A stretch of 64,000 nucleotides of DNA, from contig NC_043009.1 in NCBI RefSeq assembly GCF_006345805.1, positions 46,376,001-46,440,000 on the forward strand, written 5' to 3'. Source of the DNA: Octopus sinensis. Its lineage: Eukaryota. Made by a program: the position numbers and the translations under genes. Positions 1 to 12,607 of the stretch are shown in pieces. Below the pieces are notes generated by a model, which saw only the letters and a program-made list of their open reading frames with translations, had not been told where the DNA came from and ran no database searches. Position 1 is the first letter of the stretch, and each line of letters begins with the position of its first letter.

Positions 1-783
1 CAATTCAGGTCTGACCTAGGAACAAACAACTGTGAACACGTTTTTGTATATATATAATGTAGACAAAATCTGTTTCCCCCGTAATTATCCCCAAATTACT
101 ATTAAACATTTCCACCTCAGGCGTCGCTACTCTAAGTATCGATTCAATTACAAATATATGAATGAATCAAGGTAACGACCGTACAAGAGTAAAATAAAAA
201 AACCTTGAAACAGATTTAGTAGCAGAAAAGATACAAGCTCTAGGATTTTTCATCATGAAACCACACCTTTTAACAAAATGTTTATCGATTTTCACGTAAA
301 GTTTCATATCGTTTTACTTGCAAATATAAAGTAATTAAACTAGAATCGATTATTCCATTAAAGGCTGCCTATCCCATAACTGTTATTTTTAAACTGAATT
401 AGATTAAGTTATCGATGAATTACATTTATAGATTAGGTATATGCCTTCATTCATAAGCAACTTCGTAGTTGAAGGAAGAAGACGTTACTAGAACTCTTCT
501 CCATATAGAAAGTACAGGAAATGCAGTGAAGTAGCGTGGCATTACAGTATAAATATATGAGGAAATGAATGATATAATTTATAAACAACAAGAAAATAGA
601 TGTGGAACAAACAAAAAGGCCTGGGAATTCTAACGCAGACGTAACTTAATCGAAGACTAATTGACTCACAAAAAGAAAACCGTCTTGTTCAGATTGGATG
701 TTTCACACAGCCTGTAAAATTCAAAAGGCTGATTTCAAGGTAGAGTTATTTTTCCTATATGGTGTTTATAAATATGTGTGTGT

Positions 784-1020
784 GGAGGGCACGTGGCCTA
801 GTGGTTAGGCTGTTGTACTCACAATCGCTAGATTGTGGGTTCGATTTCCAGATTGGGCGGCGCGTTATGTTCTTGAGCAAAACACTTCATTTCACGTTGC
901 TCCACCCCACCCTTTTGGAAGAGAGTGGGGGAATATTGGGCTGCTCGCCTAGCCACCGGGGTGGTGTCTTTTGAAGGCTAAAACAATGCAAAATGCATTC
1001 TGACCAGCTATATGTAACAA
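784..1020 (+). mobile_element. tRNA-derived SINE (CORE-like body; tail shared with the 52115 and 55426 SINEs)
   Basis: A box TGGCCTAGTGG, B box GGTTCGATTTCC, body TGTTCTTGAGCAAAACACTTCATTTCACGTTGCTCCA, tail TTTGAAGGCTAAAACAATGC also present at about 55650. Confidence 0.8.
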
Positions 1021-1333
1021 GTTTTCCGAGCTGCCATACCTTCGTAATCACCATTAAACTCATCCAACTCTTTTCGAATCCTCTGCACTGTCCTCAGATT
1101 GACATCCAGACACTCTGAAATGTTCGTATTGGAGCTTCCGGTGCAAATGCCAAGCAGTAGAGCATATCTTTTCCAAATTTCTGGTTGAGTGAATTGAGTG
1201 ATGATGCTATTTTTTTCACAGACGGCGTCCTACTGACCCTACTGTACTGTGTAGTCGACAAAATAAAAAAAAACAAATGCATGCGCGAAATAAAAGAAAA
1301 TTTAAATGGCGCCAATTTACCCATCGCACGTTG
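1020..1333 (-). mobile_element. 5' fragment of a Tc1/mariner-superfamily (maT/DD37D-like) transposon: left end and N-terminal HTH
   Basis: TA followed by CAACGTGCGATGGG (putative TIR). Hand translation of the minus strand, absent from the ORF track: QFTQPEIWKRYALLLGICTGSSNTNISECLDVNLRTVQRIRKELDEFNGDYEGMAARK, an HTH pattern. Confidence 0.6.
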
Positions 1334-1337
1334 TATA

Positions 1338-2218
1338 TAATATAATAATAAACATTGTGTACAGTGCTCAGGTGCACTACAACTCATCGAAAGTGTATAT
1401 ATAATCAGGTGTAGTTTCGACGGATTTCGGAAAGCATGAGGGCCTTAAAGGATGCAGTGTCATGGCAGTCAACAACTGACGCAGGCAGTTTATTCCATGC
1501 TTCAGCAACTCTGAGTGTGAAGAAATGTTTTCGAAAGTCATGGGAGCTGTGTTGTTTTCTGACTTTGTAGGCATGTCCACGTGTGTTAGACACATGGAGA
1601 TCAAAAAGGTGTTCAGTGTTGTTATTGGTGAGGTGGTTGACAACTTTGTGGGTGTTTACCAAGTCCGTCGCCAGACGCCGGAGCTTCAGTGAATCCATGC
1701 CCAGGGAAACAAGGCGCTCAGAATATGGTAGGTGTCTGATGGAGGGTATGCGTTTGGTTGCACGTCTCTGAACAGATTCCAGGAGGTCAATGTTCTGAGC
1801 AAGATAGGGGTTCCAAACTGATGATGTGAATTCCAAGTGTGGTCGTACCATAGCTGTATACAGTTTTAAATAGATGGCTGGAGAGCGGCTAACAAAAGTC
1901 TTGCTGAGTGATGCCAAGACACCCTCGGCCTTCTTGACAATTTTAGAGATATGCTTTGTCCAACGCAAATCACTGCTGACAGTGATGCCTAGGTCACGCT
2001 CGCAAGAGGATTTCTTGATATCAGTGTTGTGGAGGGAGTATGTGGACGCAGGGTTTTTTTCTCCCAAAATGCATGGTGGTACACTTGTCCACAGCCAGTT
2101 TCAGTTGCCAGTCTGTGATCCATTGCTGCATTGTGTCCAGGTCTGATTGCAGGAAAGAGCTGTAGACAACAGGATCTGTCCTCTTGATTTCAAGGTACAG
2201 CTTGATGTCGTCTGCATA

Positions 2219-2224
<6 letters not shown>
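1338..2224 (-). mobile_element. 5'-truncated CR1-type LINE (RT C-terminal half and 3' UTR)
   Basis: LKYADDIKL at 2224-2198, then DLGITVSSDLRW, VRPHLEF, LESVQRRATK, HFFTLRVAEAWNKLP; short AT-rich tail at about 1340. Confidence 0.93.
1405..2218 (-). pseudogene. Reverse transcriptase C-terminus, open except for one +1 A frameshift in an A-run at about 2055
   Basis: ORF 1405-2067 plus upstream frame YADDIKLYLEIKRTDPVVYSSFLQSDLDTMQQWITDWQLKLAVDKCTTMHFG. Confidence 0.88.
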
Positions 2225-2265
<41 letters not shown>

Positions 2266-2297
2266 GTATATTTATATATATATTCTTTCTTTTATTC

Positions 2298-2371
2298 TTT
2301 TATTTGTTTCAGTCATTTGACTGCGGACATGCTGGACCACTGTCTTTAGTCGCGTACACACACAGGCAGAG

Positions 2372-2408
<37 letters not shown>

Positions 2409-2578
2409 ATATATTCGACGGACTTATTTCAGTTTTCGCTTACCAAATCCACTCACAAGGCTTTAGTCAGTCCACGGCTATGGTAGAAGACAACTGTCTA
2501 AGGTGCCACGCATTGGGACTGAATCTGGAACCATGTAGGTGGGAAGCAAACTTCTTACCACACAGCCACGCTTACGCC
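2298..2578 (-). mobile_element. tRNA-derived SINE family A (internally deleted, with internal TA repeat)
   Basis: Minus-strand head GTGGCTGTGTGGTAAG...GGTTCCAGATTCAGTCCC; tail CATGTCCGCAGTCAAATGACTGAAAC; matches copies at 15035, 29417 and 32585. Confidence 0.85.
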
Positions 2579-2663
2579 TATAATACATAATATATAAATA
2601 TAATAATAATAATATATATATATATATATAATGTATACGTATATATATGTATGTATATGCATG

Positions 2664-2730
<67 letters not shown>

Positions 2731-2829
2731 TACATATATAGAATATAAGGATAAAATCACGTTAATGATTTTTATCAGGTAGCCAGCATGCTATAAAGAT
2801 TTATAGATAATTTATACATTAAAGCGAAT

Positions 2830-3808
2830 CTGCTTTGTACGGTATGTGTAATTATTTGTATCTATATTTCCCGTGTATTTTTTGACGAAGGAAAAAAGCC
2901 TGTTTTTATGGTTTTAATCCAGAAAGTGGAACCAATTCACGATTAATGTGAAGTTTTGAAACTTTTCAAGAGGAGATTCATCTCATTCTTGTTGATGTTT
3001 CTATTTGACAAATTTAGGATCTTTGGGTGTGAATGTTCTGTGTGCTCATTAAAGTCTTCTACTGCGTCAGGTCTACTGCACGATTGTGGGTATTTTCTCC
3101 CTAAAAAAGAATTGTATTACTGTGCTTCCATTTTCTGTTTCCAAGGTTCTGGTCCCCTCGAAGGTGTGGGGATGTTTCATGTTCTTTGTACGCATTTCGT
3201 TGTCTATAGATTATGTCTTCTTTCCATCTTCTATGTTTATTAGTCCATTCAGGATATTGTATGGGATTGTTAGTCGTAAATCATGGGTTTCTTGAGTTTC
3301 TGTGATGATTATTCATATTATAGTTTCCGTGTTGCCCGTATTTTACTTGTTTTTCTTTCCATGTATTCACCCGTCTAGGGTATTTGGTATTATGGGTTAG
3401 AGTTTGTCTGTATGTTACTTGTCTTTCCTGTCTTTTTCTCCATGTGTTCCTCCACCTAGGGTATGTGATTTGGGTTGATGGTTGTCTTCTATATTCCATG
3501 TATTTGCTTATTAATGTGCTATGTTTTAGTATTGCATATGTTCTTGGATAACTAGAGGTTCGATACCTTAGTCTGGTTCCTCTGGGGTCGGTGTCTATGT
3601 TTGTTTTTGATTTCCTCGTATTTTTACGTCGATGTGGTTTCGTTTTCATAATACATTTTCTCCATAGTTTTTTCATAGTTAGTGAACCACTCTTGTTTTT
3701 CTCACATTTGCATGGATTTTTCTTCTTCCCGCTTAGTGTCTTCTTTCCATAGTTGCTGTAATTTTTCATCTCTTTGTCACTTCGTTCGGCGATTTCAGCA
3801 AACATAAC
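2830..3808 (-). mobile_element. Decayed Penelope-like element, pre-RT N-terminal region
   Basis: Minus frame near 3040-2965 reads HPKILNLSNRNINKNEMNLLLKSFK, resembling the PLE pre-RT motif NLSxxxLxxxExxLLxKGLKF; K/N-rich broken ORF upstream. Confidence 0.5.
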
Positions 3809-3809
3809 T

Positions 3810-4086
3810 GCATCAATTGTTTTGACTTTCTCTGGAAGACCAGCAGTCGCCCATGCAGCCGGCCTCCCCTCTCCATGCCACAAGTGTTATCCAAGGGAAA
3901 GGCAAGGGCCGATACAACTTGGCACCTGTGACGTCGCAACTCATTTCTAAATCTGAGTGAACTGGAGCAACGTGAAATAAAGTGTCTTGCTCAAGAACAA
4001 ATCACAGACACAGCCCGGTCCGGGATTCGAGCTCACAACTTCACAATCGTAAGTTCGTTGCTCTAACCACTGAGCCATGCGCCTCC
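3810..4086 (-). mobile_element. tRNA-derived SINE (CORE-like body, different tail)
   Basis: Minus: GGAGGCGCATGGCTCAGTGGTTAGAGC (A box), GAGCTCGAATCCC (B box), TTCTTGAGCAAGACACTTTATTTCACGTTGCTCCAG. Confidence 0.85.
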
Positions 4087-4899
4087 ACAATATTTTCACA
4101 ATATTTTTTTTATATGTGTATATATATATATATATATATAAATAAAGATAAGATCGTTAATTCAAAAATAAAATAACGATTTTATCAAGTGGTAAAAATG
4201 GAAAAAGTAACCTTCAAAGGTAATAATTATTAGAATTATAAATTAGGGTATCTACGAGATACCACCATGCTGAAAGTAGCAGCCATGATCTGACCTTAAA
4301 ACCACCTAAATTGTCCACATATCAAAACGGAGAAAAAACAAAGAGACAAGATGAAACTAGTAAAAAAATTACTGGATATATAATTTGATATATAATTTGA
4401 TATATATATATATATATGTAAAGTGACACTAAGAGAGATAGACAGATAGAGAGAGAGTAACAAAGAGAGACGCACACACACCCTTCAGACTGCCTCTGAT
4501 TCCCTATTGACCCTCCCATCTACGCACACATGTAAACACATATGCACATACACGGCCACTCCTGCCTATTCACACATCAATTACACGCTTGTCACTATAA
4601 CTGCTGGCCTCTCAGAGCGACATTAACACACAGGCACACAAATCCTGTCACACGCACAGATACTACGACACGCTCACACATCCTACTACCTGCACACAGA
4701 TTCTACCACACACATACACAGATTACTTACACAAACACAAACGCACACACACACTCTCAATGCTACACACACGCGCTTCCATACATACAGACGCTACCAC
4801 AAACACACATACCGACCATCTTCACAATCTCCTGTCCAAGAAAGCACTTTCTCGTCCTCTTTCTACTTCCGATCACTTCAGAAATGTAACCGCACGTGA

Positions 4900-5090
4900 A
4901 CTATTGACGATTTTCCTCATTATTTCTCCTTACCCTTTGGACTTGCCTGTTTTTTCTGTCTCCGACGAAGGGCAGTGTTCGAAACCTAAAACGACAACTC
5001 TTCCTTCATTAAGCGTCATATTAATACATTGCTTGTTCTACGTCTTCACGTTCGTTTGATTTCTATTTTATTCTCTGTGTTTTGAATTGA
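4900..5090 (+). mobile_element. Short non-autonomous PLE-end-like repeat with a degenerate hammerhead-like motif
   Basis: CCGACGA-A-GGGC-AGT-GTTC-GAAA at 4962-4984; layout similar to the 59420 element. Confidence 0.45.
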
Positions 5091-5115
5091 CTTCATACAT
5101 ACATACATACATACA

Positions 5116-5188
<73 letters not shown>

Positions 5189-5251
5189 GTGTATATTGTA
5201 TACATGAAAGGGAGTTGTATTTATTCATAAAAGATACTAAAATGAAGAGAA

Positions 5252-5331
5252 ATGAAAGGTGCGGTTATTGTTGCGATATTTGCATTTTATGTGCAATTAT
5301 ATAACCCCAACACATATGTCTTCACTTATCG
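5252..5331 (+). CDS. Candidate first coding exon with a signal-peptide-like N-terminus
   Basis: AAAATG start, MKGAVIVAIFAFYVQLYNPNTYVFTY(R), then consensus donor CG|GTAAGT at 5332; no downstream exon found. Confidence 0.25.
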
Positions 5332-6375
5332 GTAAGTATTCGGTGAAATAATTAATGTTATCGCCCTCGAATATTCTAGCTGTAACTGAACAATAAAGAT
5401 ATCTCAACTGGCTAGGAGTAACACTCGACGGATTTTTATGGCTACGACAATGACTAATATAAATTGATCGCTGCTATAAAATTATAAACCTACGTTTGGC
5501 TCAGCATAGTTTTAATGTAAGCACAAAATCCTGGCATTAAATCAGCAGCCATACTCCATGACTTATATGAAAGTTGAATATACAAATTTTACGTGAATCT
5601 AGGCTGCTCCAGCAGGTTCATAACATTCGATACCTATACACATACACATCGAGCACTATATTGCCCATAGTCAACACTTGTTTGCTTGGATTTTGTCTCC
5701 CTTTGTTTGACGCTGGATTTTAAGTTTATGGTCTAGTCTGAACAATAATTGTCTGTGTTACTTAAACGCCTTTTTTGACATTACATACACACACTCTCAC
5801 ACACACACACAAATACACACACACATACACAAGCACACACTCGCAAGAATTGATATTTGTCTACTTGTGATGATACAACATCTCCCTTTCTCAATTAATC
5901 ATGTCCTAAAATACCACAAAAATCCAAAAATTTCTTGAAGCAAAACGTCCATATACGAAGTTCACTTAGGTGTAGCACAAAGTATTCACATAAAAGAATA
6001 ACATGCTGATAGTTGTACTGAGACGGTAATAGAGTAAAACTGTTAATATGGAATATCATAAAGTTGACAGTTTATGACGTCCAAGTGTCTGTCTTCGTTC
6101 CCCGTTTAGTTTCTTTTTGATCTCTCATATTGTTGTTAGGTCAGAGAAGGCTAATTGTTCTACATATATTTAGTGTCTTTTACTTTGCAATAGGCTTTCG
6201 TAATTTTTCTCGTCTTTATGTCTTCTTTTCTCATGATACTGTGAGTATAATATCCTATGTGTTCTACCTACCTTATCTCCGCTAAGTCCCAATTAGATTT
6301 AATTTCTACTGCGACACAAAAGCAAGAAGTATGTTGGTAAAGTGACCAAACCTGCCGAATTTCAGTGGGCATTGA

Positions 6376-6419
<44 letters not shown>

Positions 6420-6426
<7 letters not shown>

Positions 6427-6603
6427 AGAACTCATTAAAAAAACAAAAAACCAAGACAGGTGGTGTAGACAATAAACAGATATATTAGCATAACGCTCGG
6501 AAAGTGAAAAAGTCTTTAACCTTTCGGGCCTACGCTCTTCCACAGAAAGGAACACAGAAAGAAACAAGGAGAGAAAATAAACAATGTGCAACGGCTAGCG
6601 ATC

Positions 6604-6605
<2 letters not shown>
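6420..6605 (-). mobile_element. About 185-bp dispersed repeat family E (hammerhead-like CUGUNGA core), between TA repeats
   Basis: Highly similar by eye to 17375-17560; core fold at 6514-6549. Confidence 0.75.
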
Positions 6606-6684
<79 letters not shown>

Positions 6685-6769
6685 TATGTATGTGTATGTG
6701 TGTGTGTTGAGAGCGAGAGAGAGATACATACATAGACAGATAGACATATATCTATATATATATAGTCCG

Positions 6770-6910
6770 AATTTATAGAAATACAGACAAAAACAGGTAT
6801 AGGAGTAATAAACAAATGTATTAGTTTGATGATCGGGAAGAATGGAAAAGTCTTGTACGTTTCGATCCTACGCTCTTCGACAGAAAGGAATAAGAAGAAA
6901 TAAATAGAGA
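6770..6910 (-). mobile_element. Family E-like repeat, variant copy
   Basis: Minus CCTTTCTGTCGAAGAGCGTAGGATCGAAACGTACAAGAC at 6850-6888. Confidence 0.65.
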
Positions 6911-6974
6911 AAAAGAATGAAAAAGACGTCTTCATTTCAGTGATCCAATATATCGGTGATTGGAAAAAATGCTT

Positions 6975-7690
6975 TATCATGTGGTGTGTGCACAAGTGTA
7001 TATATATGTGTGTGCGTGTGTTACCGTGACCAAATAGTATGCATGTGTATAGCGTGTATGTATGGGCGAAAGTTATATTTGTCAATGGTTGTTGCGTGTG
7101 TTTATGCGTTTTGCGTGTGTGTGTGTGTGGTGTGTGTGTGTGTGTGTGTATATATATCGTCTGTGGTCAGGTATTATGTGCCTGTGTGGGTGTGATAGTG
7201 TGCATGACGGTGTGTGGTCTTTGTACTGAGTTAAAGAGCGTGTGTGACTGCTCATATAATGGTATGGGTGGTGAGGCTACACTGTTCGACTCATCACTCA
7301 CTTCACACACAATTAGATACACACTCCACAACACCTTCACGCTCCACACACACTTCTTGCGCCCACACCTCACACCGTCATTCACACACACACACACAAT
7401 CTTCAATAGCGTCAACACACATTTCACTATATGAGAAGCCAGACACACTGCTTAACTCAATACACACACCAAACACTATCATGCACACTCCCACACCCAC
7501 ACAAACACATAATACCTGAGCACAGACAATATATACACATACACATATGCACACACGCAGCATGCATAAGGACACGCAACACACATAAACAAATATAACT
7601 TTCGCCCATATATATACACTATACACATGCTCACTATTTCGTCACAGTAACACACACATACACGGGCACACACCACGTGAAAAAAGCTCA
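6975..7690. repeat. Old foldback: diverged inverted arms (about 6975-7265 and 7425-7690) around a roughly 160-bp spacer
   Basis: GGGCGAAAGTTATATTTGT / ACAAATATAACTTTCGCCC and CAGGTATTATGTG / CACATAATACCTG are reverse complements. Confidence 0.8.
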
Positions 7691-7929
7691 CATCAGCTGT
7701 TACACCCAACACACACAAACACGCATATTATACACGGACACATGTCAAACTCACTCGACCCATTCACGCAAACACACACACACCATTCTCACCTACACAT
7801 TTACGTTTCCGCACCTCCTCCTGTTCGGATTAATATGAATTATCTCCACTTGATTCAACCCCTCTTTACTATTATCTCCCTTTCATTCAATCTCTTTTTT
7901 CCCCAATCATTCGTCATGTTGTGCCGCTG

Positions 7930-8130
7930 AACTCAACACATTTTTTATTTCATTCTCTCTCTCTCTGCTTATTTTCTTTTATTCCTTTCTGTTGAAGTGC
8001 ATAGGCTCGAAACGTAAAAGACACGTTCATTTTTCCCAGCGTCAAACTAATACATTTGCTTGTTGTTCCTACTCCTGTCTTCGTCTTAGTTTTTCTATGA
8101 ATTTGAACTATATATCATACGCTCATGTGG
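7930..8130 (+). mobile_element. Family E-like repeat
   Basis: CTTTCTGTTGAAGTGCATAGGCTCGAAACGTAAAAG at 7985-8020. Confidence 0.65.
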
Positions 8131-8780
8131 TAACCAGTTTCATCCTGACTGAACGTCTCACTCTTTGGACTTGCATATCTTTACCACTTTCAGACCTTTC
8201 AGGACCTTTCCTCATCCACATACCACCACACTCTCACACCCGGTTACCACTAGATCTTTGTAGTCTTTTGGTATCTATCTTCACGGATCTCACTGGTTAT
8301 TTTTGTTGATACACACACACACACACACAAACAAACACATATATATAGAGAGATAAATACAGATACATTTGTATGTATGTATGTATGTATGTATGTATGT
8401 ATGTATGTATGTATGTATGTATATGTGTGTGTGTTCGCATGTCTATCTCTCTGAAATCGGAGCAATGTGGTAAGGCAGCAAACTTCTTACCGGAAAGAGA
8501 GAGAGAGAGTAAGAGAGAAAGGGGGAGAGAGAGAAAAGTTTTGCAGTTATTAGACGTGTTATATATTGAATGAGGTTTAAGGTGATGATTATCATAATTA
8601 TTATTTATTTTGTTTATGAGTGGAATCTACAGTGTGGTGCAGATGGTACGGCTAGTGTACTTAACTATGACGATAATTTGTCCAATATTTATGAATCTGA
8701 ATGCTAATACCACCTGAGGATAATGTCACTAAATAGCATAAGTCATTGAAGTAATAGTAGAGTAGTTGTAGTAGTAGTAT

Positions 8781-8813
<33 letters not shown>

Positions 8814-8879
8814 GTTTCATGTCACTGTTTTTTTTTTTTGAGGTAGCAATGATAACGGGGATAATGGCGTATCAAAAAT

Positions 8880-9050
8880 AGTTTCTTCCATCTTTACGTT
8901 CTGACTTCAAATTCCGCCGAAATCGGCTTCACCTTTCCCCCTTTCGGGGTCTATAAAGTAACTACCCAGCTGAGCACTGGGGCCAATGTAATTGACTTAG
9001 TCCCTTCCCCGAGATTTCTGGCCTTGTGCCAAAATTTGAAACCAATATAA
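8880..9050 (+). mobile_element. tRNA-derived SINE family C, 5'-truncated
   Basis: TTCAAATTCCGCCGA...CACTGGGGCCAATGTAATTGACT...GGCCTTGTGCC, as in 15995, 24045 and 57718. Confidence 0.75.
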
Positions 9051-9074
9051 AAAAATAGTTGTTATGTTAAAAAT

Positions 9075-9209
<135 letters not shown>

Positions 9210-9465
9210 CAATCTTCTGTCAGTGGTACAAAAGGGATGCCGAAAAGGATCCAAGGGTACCAATGACCACCTTGTGGTAGACAAGGTTGTAATGAAGAAC
9301 TATAAACGGTACCAAAAACACTTATGCATGGCCTGGATAGTCTTCAAAAAGGCTTACGACATGTTGCCGCACTCGTGGATTTTGGAAACACTCGACATTT
9401 GTGAAATAGCTGAGAACGTGTGTGCACCAATTAAGAACAGCATACCTAACTGGAAAACGCGTCTG
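9210..9465 (+). mobile_element. R4/Dong-type LINE RT fragment immediately after (TAA)n
   Basis: VQKGCRKGSKGTNDHLVVDK and MAWIVFKKAYDMLPHSWI (early RT motifs of REL-type LINEs). Confidence 0.85.
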
Positions 9466-9699
9466 AAAGATTTTTCTTATATATATATATTATACACAAA
9501 AAAAGAATAACTACTCCCAGATGAACCACCACGGCAATATATACGTAAAAATGTAAACACATGGACTGCAATAATTTCTATACAAAAACTGCAAACCTGT
9601 AAAATTTTAACTTTTAAATTTTAAGTTTTAATAATATATACATCCATATTTATAAAATATGCTGCACACACCACCCCACCAGCAGAAATAATGCAATAG

Positions 9700-11230
9700 A
9701 AAGTTGCTTGAAACTATCAGATGTCGAAAAATAAAAGTGGTGATGAAAGTTGGTGATGAACGTTACTTTACCTCAGTTTATGAGAGACATGAGCTTCCGA
9801 AGACATATGCTGGGTTGTAACAGCGAAACTGAAGCTGGGCCTTTAAGAGAAGACTTCTCGCTCGGCAGTAGTTCAGTAAAGATGCAGACTGACCAGGCAG
9901 TTAGAAAGACAAACAATAGCATAAGAGATACAGCTCAAAGCAAAGCAGAACCTAAAGGAAAAAATAATAATAGCGCTGCCAATAAGGAAGAAGCAACTGG
10001 CATCAGCGACTTAAGTGATATAAGTGAGGAAGATCAGAAAATTTTAGATGAATTTCAGGAATTAATGACTAAAGAAGTAAGGATCAGATTGCCAGCATAA
10101 AAAGGCACAAACACAAAGAAGCTGCTAGAAATGACTAGCAGTGTAGATTCTGCTATCAGTAGGATAGATACTAAAAATATAGTGAATACTAACTTACTGA
10201 TCTATGCAGGAGGGTTTTTAGTCACTTGAAGGTTCGATATCTCACAGGGAAAGACTAAAAAAGAACAAATGTGGAAACGGAGACTACAAACTAACGTGAA
10301 TATTTGAAAATAGGGTCTGAGTAGAACAGAAGCCTCGAAACTGAACAATTTAGGAAACACAAGATGCCAATCTTCCCTCGAGAAAAGATACTTAGTCAAA
10401 GAGAAAGGATTCGGGACAGTAATAGAAGAATTGTAGCAGCGTATCATAACAGTAGCAGGCAAGCTCTCCAGATATCAGAAAAGAAGAGACCAGTATCAAC
10501 AGATTAGATTATTTGAGTCAGACCAGAGGAGATTTTATAACCAAATAAATAGTGGAGAACGAAGTACTGAAGATGAGAAACCTAATGCAGAGGAAGGTAG
10601 AAAGTTCTGGAGTAATATTTGGGATAAAGTAGTCAATCATAATGGAGATGCAGTGTAGTTAAAGAAAATTAGGGAAGTAGTGAGTGAGAAGCAGCCAGAT
10701 CTAAGACTAACTGGTGCATTAATGAGGTAAGAATTACTAAAAATGCTGAATTGGCAAACTAGGATTTGAACATAGTGATAAATGGTATGAACATGAACCC
10801 AGTAAAATAAGAAATACAAGATGTGAGATTTAATACTCAAACTGTTGAAGTTATAGGAGCTAGAATGCTTGATTTAATAGTAGTAGATAAAGAGAATAGA
10901 AGGTGCCAGATAATGACTTTACAGTCCGAAATGAGGAAATAATCAATATGAAGAGTATAGAAAAAATAACAAATTAACAGGACCTAACCATTTAATTGCA
11001 GAGACTATGGAAAGTGCGGGTAAAATGTATCCCAGTAGTTATAGGTGCACTGGAAACTATCGCTAAAGATCTGAATAGATGGATAGAGGAAATAGGCATA
11101 AAATCCAGTGTGGTACAGCTCCAGAAAACAGTCTTATTAGGGACAGCTAGGATACTTAGGAGAGTTCTTGGTATTCAAGATTACTTGTTGACCGATGCTA
11201 GGTTTTTTTCTTTTCTAACAGTGTAATCTA
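9700..11230 (+). mobile_element. R4/Dong-type LINE with the RT domain deleted (N-terminal region joined to the REL endonuclease C-terminus)
   Basis: Broken frames WKRRLQ, LFESDQRRFY, KFWSNIW, then directly DLIVVDKENRRCQI and QRLWKVRVKCIPVVIGALETI...LQKTVLLGTARILRRVL. Confidence 0.85.
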
Positions 11231-11251
11231 TTGTGTGCATATGTATATACC

Positions 11252-11261
11252 ACTACTGCTG

Positions 11262-11326
<65 letters not shown>

Positions 11327-11421
11327 ACTACTACTACTACTACTGCTACTACTACTACTGCTGCTGCTACTGCTGCTACTACTACTCATACTGCTGCTCT
11401 TACTACTACTACTACTACTAG

Positions 11422-11465
<44 letters not shown>

Positions 11466-11527
11466 GAAGAAGAAGAAGAAGAAGAAGAAGAAGAAGAAAA
11501 CAACAACAGCAACAACAACAATAATAA
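11252..11527. repeat. Compound trinucleotide array (CTA/CTG)n(TAA)n(GAA)n(CAA)n
   Basis: Direct reading. Confidence 0.95.
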
Positions 11528-12114
11528 TATAGGTTTTAGATAGAATAATGTCAGTAGAAGAGGGAATATTTGTATTGTTATTGGCAAAGACATGATTGGT
11601 AAAGATAAAGATTGTGATTAAATAATCTGTAAGGAGATAATGTGTAAAATAAGTGGATGTTGTTAGGATCGATAGTTCTATGTAAGAGTTCTATATTAGA
11701 TCTGTTATGTTCGATTATTCTATTAATTGTAAATCGATGATGATACTTCCAAGACATCGCAAGTTTGCCTGTTGCTGGTCGTTCTCAAAACGTAAATGCA
11801 TATAAAACGCGCGATATAATTTCATAGAGCGCATTGCTGAAACAGCTGAGATATGTTCTTTTGAATAAAATATATGAACGGCTTTATAATCTTATTATAA
11901 AATTTGAGTGCTAGCGTGAAAGAAAGTCACCGTTATATTCCTGTCAACTATTCGTAATTTAAGCACAAGACCATGGGGTTAGTTGATTACCTGGCTAGCA
12001 TAATCCTTATAAAAGAGAAACAAATAGTATATATCGTTGCCAGTATGCAAAAGTGTCGTAAGTCCCACCCAAAAGTTGCTTATTCAGAAATCTATTGTGT
12101 GCGTATGAATATAC

Positions 12115-12116
12115 TG

Positions 12117-12177
<61 letters not shown>

Positions 12178-12250
12178 CACCACACCACCACCACCACCAC
12201 CACCACCACCACCACCACCACCACTACTGCTACTACTACTACTACTACTG
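12115..12250. repeat. Compound microsatellite (CTA)n(CCA)n(CTA)n
   Basis: Direct reading. Confidence 0.95.
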
Positions 12251-12565
12251 TTTTTTTCTTCTTTTTATCCTATTGCAAAACCGTTGTACTACATTTTGAC
12301 AATTTTTGATAGCTATGGCATCTGAAGCAGCTGCAGACACGATAGATTGACCAAAATAACCGGTCATTGCAGGCAAAATTAAATATTGAAAAAAAAAACG
12401 CATTTGGCCAAATTTGGACATACGACAGTTTCACATCATAGCAACGATATATATGTGTGTGTGCGCGTGTGTGTAGGTGTGTGTATGTGTGTGTGTGAGA
12501 GAGAGAGAGAGTGGACAAACGAAAGTTTACACACACACACACACACATATATATATAATTATGCC

Positions 12566-12607
<42 letters not shown>

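Noticed and set aside
3281-3883. 200-aa ORF starting MWHGEG, echoing WHGEG in the 52577 ORF
   Set aside because: The start lies in a SINE tail fused to a PLE relic; the match to the LINE zinc finger is a short coincidence.
8633-8707. Kazal-like CGADG...YESEC peptide
   Set aside because: Spacing is wrong (14 residues between DG and Y instead of 2), a stop follows immediately, and there is no donor site.
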